Source: a virus. Taken from it: a stretch of DNA of 64,000 bases. The stretch spans positions 1-64,000 of the IMG/VR virus record IMGVR_UViG_3300037201_000018; one strand, 5' to 3'. The notes under the pieces were generated by a model that had not been told where the DNA came from, ran no database searches, and worked only from the letters and a program-made list of their open reading frames with translations. Shown here in pieces: positions 48,284-56,895 of this stretch (within the stretch, counting starts at the first letter, position 1; each line of letters opens with the position of its first letter). Both the position numbers and the translations under genes were made by a program.

Positions 48284-49342
48284 ATGCCCGAACCCTGGAC
48301 GATCGACGACACGATCGGTCGCTTGCAGACGACTCAGCTGCCGAGGCTCGTCAAGCCAGCTTACGTGCCGAAGGAGGAGAGTCAGCGTAGGATCATGCTC
48401 GCGGTCGAGTCGATGAAGCGGCACACCAGCGATGAAGGTTATCAGATAGCCCAGGGACTGGAGAGCGCGGGATACGATCTCGTAGGACACCGGATGACCT
48501 TCGACGTGACCGACGTCCGCAGGATCTACCAGAGTCTCAAGCCGGGGACAGTCGTCGTTCAGGACAAGCGGGAGTGGGACGTCCAGCCGGGAGACTTCCG
48601 CGAGCACGAGGCTCGATTCCACCACGTCTCCTGTCTGGCGTACCAACCCGAAGTCTTCAGACTGACGATCCTCAAGGACTCTCACCAGCGGCCGGAGTGG
48701 CATCGAGAGAGTGCTGATGAGATCAACTGCCACGCCTGGATCGTCTATTACAACAAAAGGATCGTGCAGCACGTTGCTACCTACGTCAGACCCGAGCACC
48801 TCGTGAGGACGTACCACAGTCTTGACCCCGACCTGGTTCCTCCCTACTCGGGCGATCGTAACCAGGAGTGCTTGTTGTCGGGGGCTGTCTCGGCAGCGTA
48901 TCCTCTCCGACTGAGTATCGTGCGTAACCTCTGTAACACACCGGGAATTACTTACCTCTCACATCCGGGTTATCACCGTAACGGTTCTGCGACCCCCCAG
49001 TTCCTCAAGAACCTGAGTCACTTCAAGGTAGCGATCTGTACGGCGTCGATGTACGGCTACGCTCTCCGCAAGATCATGGAGGCGACGGCCTGCGGCTGCC
49101 GAGTCCTGACCGACCTACCAGTTGACGAGGTTCTGCCTGAGATCGATGGGAACTTGTTTAGAATTAGACCAGACACGTCAGCGTACCACGTTGGGATCTA
49201 TGTCCGTCAGCTCGTCAAGGAGTACGACGCCGACAAGCAAAGGGACTACGCCGATAAGGCCAAGCAGTTCTACGATTACAGAGCAATAGGAAAGAGATTG
49301 TCTGACGACATCGAGAAACTGAGGAAAGGCTACAATGACTGA
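48284..49342 (+). CDS. GT-B glycosyltransferase (CgeB/YkvP-like C-terminal domain)
   Basis: LSGAVSAAYPLR, HPGY, FKVAICTASMYGYALRKIMEATACGCRVLTD. Confidence 0.65.
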   Translation: MPEPWTIDDTIGRLQTTQLPRLVKPAYVPKEESQRRIMLAVESMKRHTSDEGYQIAQGLESAGYDLVGHRMTFDVTDVRRIYQSLKPGTVVVQDKREWDVQPGDFREHEARFHHVSCLAYQPEVFRLTILKDSHQRPEWHRESADEINCHAWIVYYNKRIVQHVATYVRPEHLVRTYHSLDPDLVPPYSGDRNQECLLSGAVSAAYPLRLSIVRNLCNTPGITYLSHPGYHRNGSATPQFLKNLSHFKVAICTASMYGYALRKIMEATACGCRVLTDLPVDEVLPEIDGNLFRIRPDTSAYHVGIYVRQLVKEYDADKQRDYADKAKQFYDYRAIGKRLSDDIEKLRKGYND

Positions 49343-49570
49343 GCAAGAGCAATATCAAGAATACGAGGCAAAGAGAAAGGAACATCAGTACGAGATCCGC
49401 AGAGAACGATTTGCGTTAAAAATTTACGGGATACTAACTCAAGAAGAAGCCGCTGGAGAAGCATTTCCAGACTGGAAAGAGATAGCGGAGAGGGCTGTTA
49501 CAGCGGCTGACGCCTTAGATAACGCTCTCTATCCTGATCCTCATGTACTTCCCCCTTACGAGGCATAACG

Positions 49571-50740
49571 ATGAACGAAGCTGAAGCAATCGCGAAGATG
49601 ATCGGACCCGGTCAGCGTCGACCGAGGAAGAGTTATCGTGAAGGCGTGATGCAGATCTGGACCACGAACGTCTGCGACAAGGCGTGTTTTGGATGTACCC
49701 AGCTCGGACAGATCAAGTCGCCGAAGAGGTTCATCACGCCGGAGCAGTTTGAGCAGGCAGTCATCAGTCTTGGATTCGAGAAGGGGGACGGTTTACCTTC
49801 TTGGCGAAACGGAATGCCCTCAGAATCTTATTTTGGAGTTGTTGGAGTTTTCGGTGCCAACCCCGCTCTTCATCCTCAGTTCGACGATCTCTGCGATGTC
49901 TTGCAGACCTACGTCCCTTTCGAGCAGCGAGGACTCTGGTGCAACAACCCACTTGGTCACGGCAAGAAGATGCGAGAGACGTTCAACCCCGCGGTCAGCA
50001 ATCTCAACGTCCACTTGGATCAGAAGGCTTATGACGAGTTCAAGCGAGACTGGCCGGAGGGGAACGTCTTCGGACTGCACGAGGACAGTCGTCACAGTCC
50101 CCCGTGGGTCGCGATGCAGGACATTATGATAAACATAGAAGATACTGTGACGCCACAGGGAATCGTCTCAAATTCTGAAGCTGAACGCCATTCAGTCAGC
50201 TTACGACACCTGACAGAAGAGGAGCGATGGACTCTCAAATCTGGCTGCGACATCAATCAATACTGGAGTGCGATGATCGGGGTCTTTCGGGGGGAGCTGA
50301 GAGGTTACTTCTGCGAGGTCGCGGGGGCTCAGGCGATCGCTCACCAGGACGATGATTGCCCCGACTGTGCGATGAGAATTGACACTGTGGACAGCGGTGA
50401 AGTCCTGCAACACTTCAAACGCAAGGACGGTTGCCCAACTTGCAAGGGAACCAGGCTCTATCCAGACCTCGGTTCAACGATCTACGATGGCTGGTGGAAG
50501 CAGCCGATGGAAGCCTTCAAGGAACAGGCAAGGTTCCACTGTGACGCCTGCGGAGTTCCATTACGAGGCTACGGCGAACTGGCCCAATCCCACGAGGGAC
50601 TCGAACAGGTCAGCAAGACCCACGAGGCGATCTTCAAGCCGAAGCGAAGCAGCCACCTCGTCCAGCTCGTAACCGACCGCAGCCAGCTCGGCAAACCCCT
50701 GGCGGTAATGACTCAATACCTGCAAAATTCTCATAAGTAA
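49571..50740 (+). CDS. radical SAM protein
   Basis: TNVCDKACFGC (CxxxCxxC), FGANPALHPQF, C-terminal Cys residues of SPASM type. Confidence 0.8.
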   Translation: MNEAEAIAKMIGPGQRRPRKSYREGVMQIWTTNVCDKACFGCTQLGQIKSPKRFITPEQFEQAVISLGFEKGDGLPSWRNGMPSESYFGVVGVFGANPALHPQFDDLCDVLQTYVPFEQRGLWCNNPLGHGKKMRETFNPAVSNLNVHLDQKAYDEFKRDWPEGNVFGLHEDSRHSPPWVAMQDIMINIEDTVTPQGIVSNSEAERHSVSLRHLTEEERWTLKSGCDINQYWSAMIGVFRGELRGYFCEVAGAQAIAHQDDDCPDCAMRIDTVDSGEVLQHFKRKDGCPTCKGTRLYPDLGSTIYDGWWKQPMEAFKEQARFHCDACGVPLRGYGELAQSHEGLEQVSKTHEAIFKPKRSSHLVQLVTDRSQLGKPLAVMTQYLQNSHK

Positions 50741-50749
50741 TCGAGCAAC

Positions 50750-51058
50750 GTGATGCCTAAATTCAGAAAGAATCCGATTGTAATTGAAGCGTTCTGCTGG
50801 CTTAAAAATGGAGATCACCCAGAAGACGGGCCGGCTGAGACAGAGGGTAAAGTCGTTCGATACTTTCGCCATCCACAAGTGGCTGCCGACAAGTGTTGTC
50901 CGCATTGCCTAAACGCCATGAATGACCACGGATTTATGGACACACACGAAGGCGGATATACTGTTTGCCCTGGCGACTGGATTATTACGGGCGTGAAGGG
51001 CGAGCGTTATCCGTGTAAGCCAGATATCTTCAGGGCGACTTACGAGGAAGTGAAATAA
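50750..51058 (+). CDS. conserved phage protein (PGDWII...YPCKPDIF family)
   Basis: KFRKNPIVIEA and PGDWIITGVKGERYPCKPDIFRATYE. Confidence 0.75.
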   Translation: MMPKFRKNPIVIEAFCWLKNGDHPEDGPAETEGKVVRYFRHPQVAADKCCPHCLNAMNDHGFMDTHEGGYTVCPGDWIITGVKGERYPCKPDIFRATYEEVK

Positions 51059-51059
51059 T

Positions 51060-51824
51060 ATGGACTCGGACTTCCCCAGTGCGATGCTCCCCGAGATCGA
51101 GGAGTTCCTCTCGAAAGACAGCGAGAGAGAATCTGGACTCGATCTCTACCCAGGCGTCTTCGACACACAGCACTTCTTCCCGCTTCAGAGGAAGGAGGAG
51201 CTGAAGAAGATGATCCAGACGGCTCGGAAGGTCGAGCCGAAGGTCATCATGGAGATCGGAGCAGATAAGGGGGGAGGACTGTATCACTGGTGTAAGTGCT
51301 TCCCCAGCGTCGAGAGAATCATTGGATGTGAGATACGAGGGACACCGTACTCCAGCCTCTTCGAGCGGTCCTTTCCGAATGTCAACTTCCTCTGGCTGCC
51401 GGTGAGCAGCTACGACAACAAGACGCTGAACGCTGTTCACAGGTGGCTCGGCGAGGAGAGACCCGACAGGCTGAAGATCGACGTCCTGTTCTGTGATGGC
51501 GAGAAATCGTACTTCAAGAAGGACATCGACGCCTACCTACCCTTCATGTCCCCGAAGGGGGTTATGTTCCTGCACGACATCACGGACTGGGATGGTCCCC
51601 CGCAGGCGTTCGAGTACGCCCAGAGTCTGGGTTTCAGGACCGAGACGATCATCGACAAGTCAGACACGATGCAGTCGCTCGGGAGGGCGATCCAGGGTCA
51701 GGCAGCGACGACTCCCTACGAGAGCTGGCTACGGCACTGGGCCGGGACCTCGTGCGGGGTCGGGGTCGTCTGGATGAGAGAATCTCAATTTACTGTCAAC
51801 GAAAGGAAGTTTAGAGATGAGTAG
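51060..51824 (+). CDS. class I SAM-dependent methyltransferase (Methyltransf_24-like)
   Basis: IMEIGADKGG, IDVLFCDG, GVMFLHDI. Confidence 0.75.
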   Translation: MDSDFPSAMLPEIEEFLSKDSERESGLDLYPGVFDTQHFFPLQRKEELKKMIQTARKVEPKVIMEIGADKGGGLYHWCKCFPSVERIIGCEIRGTPYSSLFERSFPNVNFLWLPVSSYDNKTLNAVHRWLGEERPDRLKIDVLFCDGEKSYFKKDIDAYLPFMSPKGVMFLHDITDWDGPPQAFEYAQSLGFRTETIIDKSDTMQSLGRAIQGQAATTPYESWLRHWAGTSCGVGVVWMRESQFTVNERKFRDE

Positions 51825-51961
51825 CGGCAAACCAGTTCTACAGCCTCAGCCGACTTGCAAGCATGAGTGGGAGATCTCCCGCGTGAGGGTCGGCATCAAC
51901 AAGTATGAGACCCGACATACCTGCAAGAAATGTGGGGAAACTAACCCACCAGGAAAGTAGA

Positions 51962-52852
51962 ATGGCTAAAGAGTGCAAACTGATAGGACAAGTTGGAGGA
52001 GTTTATCAGATTAGAAATACCTCAAACCAAAAAGCCTATGTTGGATCTACGAAGTGCTTTACTGGTAGATGGAAGACGCATAAGATCGCCCTTAGAAACG
52101 GCATTCACCCTAACAGATATCTGCAAAACGCTTGGAACAAGCACGGAGAAAAAGCATTCAAATTTGAGATCCTTATTAAATGCCGCTCTAGCTTGTGCTT
52201 GAAAAATGAGCAGAAGTGCATAGACGAAAGGACACTTAAAAATCTGTACAATCTTGCTCCAAAAGCTAACGGCGTTTTTGGAATCAAATGGTCAGAAAAA
52301 TCTAAAGAGGCTTTTCGGGCACGTTGGAATGAAATTTACTTAACTCCTGAATATATTCAGCACATGAAAGCTATCAAATTCGGAACAAAACGGTCAAAAC
52401 AAGCCATAGAAAAACACAAACTGTGGATGAGTAAAAACCGAGCCAAACTCGGAGCAGCTATTAAGCGGGGTCTTGCCAATCCCGAGGCCAGAAGAAAAAT
52501 GCGTGAGGCAGCTGCCAGACGTTGGGCATCGCGTAAGGCTGAGATTGCTAAAGTCAACGCAAATAATCGCAAAAATATAAACCCAGCGGTGTCAGAAGGT
52601 GCCAAGAGGGGCTGGATTACTAGAAAAGCTAATTACGGGACAGATGGGGGAGTCTCTGGGAAAATAGCAAATAAAGCTTTAATAACCAGAAGACAGAGAT
52701 ATGGCCCCAGTGGAAGGTCTCCAAGAGCAGCGGCCGAACTAGAGAAGCATCGAAAGCAGGCAAAATTGAGGAAAGATAAATTCAGGAAGGAACTGGCAGA
52801 AATCTATGAAAATATTCTCACGAAAAGACGAAAAACCAACACCAGTATGTGA
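51962..52852 (+). CDS. GIY-YIG homing endonuclease (Seg/I-TevI-like)
   Basis: GVYQIRNTSNQKAYVGST, RWKTH, LQNAWNKHG, EQKCID, YNL; basic C-terminal repeats; AT-rich. Confidence 0.85.
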   Translation: MAKECKLIGQVGGVYQIRNTSNQKAYVGSTKCFTGRWKTHKIALRNGIHPNRYLQNAWNKHGEKAFKFEILIKCRSSLCLKNEQKCIDERTLKNLYNLAPKANGVFGIKWSEKSKEAFRARWNEIYLTPEYIQHMKAIKFGTKRSKQAIEKHKLWMSKNRAKLGAAIKRGLANPEARRKMREAAARRWASRKAEIAKVNANNRKNINPAVSEGAKRGWITRKANYGTDGGVSGKIANKALITRRQRYGPSGRSPRAAAELEKHRKQAKLRKDKFRKELAEIYENILTKRRKTNTSM

Positions 52853-53280
52853 ACATCTATGGGTCAAGAAGTGTACTGGCGGAGTCTGTCAGGTCGTCTG
52901 CGTCCTCTGCGGTCAGAAGGGAACTAACGCCAGTTTACCCAAGATAGACCCAAAAGTGTTAGAGACTGTACGTAATCATCTAGGACCTTCAAAGTGAACG
53001 AGCAAGTGAGAAAAGAACGAACGCTGTCAGATGAAGAGTTAGGTGCAATTGAATTTCGTGTCAACGGTTGGTTGCCAACCGATCCAGATTACGCAACAGA
53101 GGGGATGATCTCCCAAGAGATCCCGCTTCTCATCAGTGCATTACGTTCTACGAGAAATGCGCTCCGACAACAAACGGGACTCGTCGAGAACGCTCGTAAA
53201 GTTGTGGAAGAAGGACAATCTTGGTCGTTCTTTGAATTAGAAGAAGCTCGCCAAATCCTCCGAGCATTGGGAGAGGACAA

Positions 53281-53871
53281 GTGAATGACCTGACCAAGAA
53301 GCTCGTTGAGATGTTCCCCAACGGCGGGTACTTCGTCGAGGCAGGGGCACACGACGGGATAGGCGACTCCCAGACCTATGAGTTAGAGCAACTCGGCTGG
53401 AACGGCCTCTGCGTAGAGCCCTCGTCAGCGTTCCACGGACTAACCGAGAGCCGCAGGTGCAGGCTAGACAACCGTTGCCTGTGGGACCACAACGGATTAG
53501 CTCCATTCACAGAGATCTCCGGAAATGACATCGAGCTAAGTGGTATCTCTGGGTCATTCAACTACGACGAACACGGCCGAGATAACCTTTCTAGCTATGT
53601 CAGCTTAAAGCAGGCGGTCACTCTTACCGCGATGCTCAAGGATCACGACGCTCCCTCAGTCATCGAGTTCCTGGCATTGGACACTGAGGGATCAGAATTG
53701 GCGATCCTCTCGGTTCACGACTTCGAGCGGTATCGGTTCCTGTTCATGGAGATCGAGTACCACACGGACAAGAGACGCGAAGAACTGACTCAACTACTTG
53801 TACCGAAGGGATACCAACTCCACTCTGACGACGCGGTAAACTTGTTTCTGACCTACGGAAGGGAGATATAA
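53281..53871 (+). CDS. FkbM family methyltransferase
   Basis: YFVEAGAHDG, GWNGLCVEP, IEFLALDTEGSELAIL. Confidence 0.85.
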   Translation: MNDLTKKLVEMFPNGGYFVEAGAHDGIGDSQTYELEQLGWNGLCVEPSSAFHGLTESRRCRLDNRCLWDHNGLAPFTEISGNDIELSGISGSFNYDEHGRDNLSSYVSLKQAVTLTAMLKDHDAPSVIEFLALDTEGSELAILSVHDFERYRFLFMEIEYHTDKRREELTQLLVPKGYQLHSDDAVNLFLTYGREI

Positions 53872-53877
53872 TAGAAA

Positions 53878-53945
53878 TTGCGTGGCTAGGGTCGCTCCTG
53901 AAAAGCAGAAACCTCGCTGCCTGCCACGTAACTTTTTAATTGAGG
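53878..53945 (+). promoter_or_regulatory. structured leader (three-way junction) upstream of the HNH gene
   Basis: ttgcgtggc/gccacgtaa outer stem; internal agg...cct and gcag...ctgc hairpins; TATAAT at 53867. Confidence 0.45.
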
Positions 53946-54617
53946 GCTACTGGGGGAGTAGAAAACGTGACAGAGATTAAGGACATTAAAGGACAGCGGT
54001 TTGGCAAGTTGGTAGTCTTAAGCTATGTCGGACAGAACAAGTTCAGGAAGGCCGAATGGAGGTGCCAATGCGACTGCGGTAAGACTACAGTCACAACAGG
54101 AGGCGGATTAAGGTCAGGCAATACAACTAGCTGTGGCTGTTACCAGAGAGAAGCTAACAAAACCCACGGTGAGTCACGAGTCAACAGTAAGGAATACAAA
54201 GCTTGGGGCGAGATGTTGAGCCGATGCCGGAACTCAAACGGGAAGGCATACCACAACTACGGCGGTCGGGGAATCAAAGTCTGTACTCGTTGGTTGTTAT
54301 TTGTAAATTTCCTAGCTGACATGGGCCGTAAGCCAACTCCTCAACACAGCCTTGATCGTTATCCAAACAACAACGGCAACTATGAACCCGGAAATTGCCG
54401 ATGGGCGACCAAAAAGCAACAGGACACGAACCGCAGACAGACGCGACTGCACACATTCAATGGTGAGACGCTATGCGTTAAAGACTGGGCTAAGAAATAC
54501 GATCGAAGCTACGACGTGCTACTGAAAAGAATCCAGTCTGGATGGGACTTCGAGAAAGCCCTGATGACTCCCTACAAAAAATACAAACTAAAAAGAAAGG
54601 AGGTGCACAATGGCTAA
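53940..54617 (+). CDS. HNH-type homing endonuclease (GQRFGKL...CDCG family); start may be GTG 53967
   Basis: GQRFGKLVV, WRCQCDCG, SCGC, YGGRGIKVCTRW, SLDRYPNNNGNYEPGNCRWAT. Confidence 0.85.
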   Translation: MRATGGVENVTEIKDIKGQRFGKLVVLSYVGQNKFRKAEWRCQCDCGKTTVTTGGGLRSGNTTSCGCYQREANKTHGESRVNSKEYKAWGEMLSRCRNSNGKAYHNYGGRGIKVCTRWLLFVNFLADMGRKPTPQHSLDRYPNNNGNYEPGNCRWATKKQQDTNRRQTRLHTFNGETLCVKDWAKKYDRSYDVLLKRIQSGWDFEKALMTPYKKYKLKRKEVHNG

Positions 54618-55381
54618 TCCAATGGTGTTTAAGCATATCGAGCTGGAAATACTAACGGCTTGCGATTGTGCCTGCTTTTGGTTGTGATCGAATGAGCGAC
54701 GTCACCAACGCACCGAACATGACGATCGAACAGGTCAAGCTGTTCGTCGACGAGAGCCTTGAACTCGACTGGGAGTGGGAGCGTATTCGATTGCTCGGGG
54801 GAGAGCCTACTCTACATCCCAAGTTCCGTGAGATCTGCGAAGAGCTGATTCGTTACCGTACCAAGTTCCCTGGCGTCTTCCTTCAGGTCCTCAGCAACGG
54901 ACTCGGCAAGTTAGCCCAACACCAGGACTGGCTCGTCGAGAGGAACATCGACCCACACGTCGAGGCCAAGAACAAGACCGTCCAGCCTCACTGGTTCGTC
55001 AACACGAGGATCGTCCCTCTCGACAGAGACCCCGACTGCCCCGACCTACCGCCGTGCGGGATCTTCGGCGTTAGGGGCTGTGGGATCGGACTGACGAGGC
55101 ACGGATACTTCCTCGATGGTGCTGGGGCCTCGATCGCTCGTATCGCTGGGTTCAACATCGGAGTCCAGCACCTCAAGAACGTCACGATGGAGGCCATGCT
55201 CGAACAAGCCAAGCCAATCTGCAAGCGCTGCGGACACTGGAACGACCAAACGCCAGGAGTCCCATCAGTGACCAAAAAAGTTTCGGAGACCGGGATGACG
55301 ACTGGGGCCTTCTGGACAGAGACCCTCGCGAAGTACAACAAGGAGAAGCCAGTCCTGACCGTCTACGGGAGCGACAGATGA
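54610..55381 (+). pseudogene. radical SAM protein with a +1 frameshift inside the CxxxCxxC motif
   Basis: ATG 54610 frame gives MANPMVFKHIELEILTACDCACFWL*; removing one T of TTTT restores CDCACFGCDR in frame with LLGGEPTLHP and VLSNG. Confidence 0.7.
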
Positions 55382-55569
55382 CAAATGTACTTCAACGAGA
55401 CACGACTAACGGCGTGCTGTTCGGCGTGTGTGCTGGACTGGCCAACTACTTCAGCGTCGACGTCACGCTCGTTCGCCTGGCATTCGTCGTCGGCTTATTC
55501 TTCACGCTCGGCCTCGACGTGATTGTCTATCTGGCGCTGTGCTTCCTAGAGAAGCGACCGGAAGAGTAA
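55378..55569 (+). CDS. pspC: PspC domain membrane protein
   Basis: LQRDTTNGVLFGVCAGLANYFSVDVTLVRLAFVV matches the PspC signature. Confidence 0.8.
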   Translation: MTNVLQRDTTNGVLFGVCAGLANYFSVDVTLVRLAFVVGLFFTLGLDVIVYLALCFLEKRPEE

Positions 55570-55570
55570 C

Positions 55571-56149
55571 ATGACTAGAGATCGTTACTGCCTGCCTCAG
55601 AACTACATTACGAGGCCTGAGCCGATCTTCCACGATGATACGACGTTGAAGGACGAATACCAGAAGGAAGTGTACGCCGAGGCGAGAGACTACTACGACA
55701 GATACGAGTTCAACACAGTCCTCGACCTCGGCTGCGGCTCGGCGTTCAAGCTGCTCAAATACTTCCCCGAAGCCCTGACAATTGGAGTCGACCTGCCTTC
55801 TACCGTAGATTGGCTCCGCAGGAATCATACCGAGAGAGCCTGGAGGGATTGGGACGACGGACCCACGAACGCGGAGTTAGTGATCTGCGCCGACATGATT
55901 GAGCACGTGAAGGACCCCGACGAGGTCATCAACTTCATCGAACGCTGCAAGCCAACCCTCATCGTGATCTCAACGCCAGACCGCTCGTTACTGGAGAAGG
56001 GCAAGGAAGGTCCACCGAATAACGAAGCCCACGTCCGGGAGTGGACCTTCGACGAGTTTGGTGAGTACCTCCGTCAGCGGTGGGTGATCATCGATCAGAA
56101 AGTAGTGAACTACCAACAATCAACCCAAGTGGCGGTCTGCCGACTATGA
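55571..56149 (+). CDS. class I SAM-dependent methyltransferase
   Basis: VLDLGCGSAFKL, LVICADMIEHVKDP, ISTPDR, HVREW. Confidence 0.85.
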   Translation: MTRDRYCLPQNYITRPEPIFHDDTTLKDEYQKEVYAEARDYYDRYEFNTVLDLGCGSAFKLLKYFPEALTIGVDLPSTVDWLRRNHTERAWRDWDDGPTNAELVICADMIEHVKDPDEVINFIERCKPTLIVISTPDRSLLEKGKEGPPNNEAHVREWTFDEFGEYLRQRWVIIDQKVVNYQQSTQVAVCRL

Positions 56150-56721
56150 AACTCACGATCCTCATGCCGACGCTCGTCGAACGTCGTGACACGCGGAAGA
56201 AGTTGGTCAACGAACTCCTGAGACAGACGAGAGGCCACAGGAGAGACGTCGAGCTGTCAGTCTTCGAGGACGATGGGACGATGTTCTATGGGCGAAAGAT
56301 GCACGTGATGTACTCCCAAGCGAAGGGAGACTACGTCTGCTGCGTCGACGATGACGACTGGGTTGCAGGTAACTACGTCGAGTGGATACTGAACGCGATT
56401 GCAATTGGGCCAGACGTCGTCACGTTCGACCTCTATCGCGTCGATCTTGCCCAGACCTGGACGTTCGGAACCAAGTACCAGGACCGAGAGGTTGTTGGAT
56501 CTAAGATTGGGATGACGGCGAATCACCTCTGCGTCTGGCGGAGGGAACTGGCTCAGTCGGTTCCCTGGCCCGACGAGACACAAGGGGCCGACGTCGCGTG
56601 GTACACTGAGATGCAGCGAAAGTATCCAGACGCTCTTGAACAGCACATCGACGCGATCCTCTACCTCTACTTCTTCGACCGCTCGGTCAGCCGCTGCCAC
56701 GAAAGGTTAGATGATGAGTAA
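56146..56721 (+). CDS. GT2-like glycosyltransferase
   Basis: LTILMPTL, AKGDYVCCVDDDDWV, GADVAW. Confidence 0.8.
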   Translation: MKLTILMPTLVERRDTRKKLVNELLRQTRGHRRDVELSVFEDDGTMFYGRKMHVMYSQAKGDYVCCVDDDDWVAGNYVEWILNAIAIGPDVVTFDLYRVDLAQTWTFGTKYQDREVVGSKIGMTANHLCVWRRELAQSVPWPDETQGADVAWYTEMQRKYPDALEQHIDAILYLYFFDRSVSRCHERLDDE

Positions 56722-56895
56722 GTGGAAGAAAGACAATCTAGCCGCTGTAGTTGACGACCTCGTGAAAGGAAAGATAGATGAGCAAAAGGCGAGAGAAAGA
56801 TTGGCGGTAATCATTGACGAATACGTCGTTGAAGCACTACAAGACAGGGACCACAGCGAAGAGTCTGCATTACAGAGATCGTTTAGGAGAGAACT

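Noticed and set aside
51962-54617. Group I introns hosting the GIY-YIG or HNH genes
   Set aside because: Flanking genes appear complete and I could not identify P/Q/R/S core elements; treated as free-standing endonucleases
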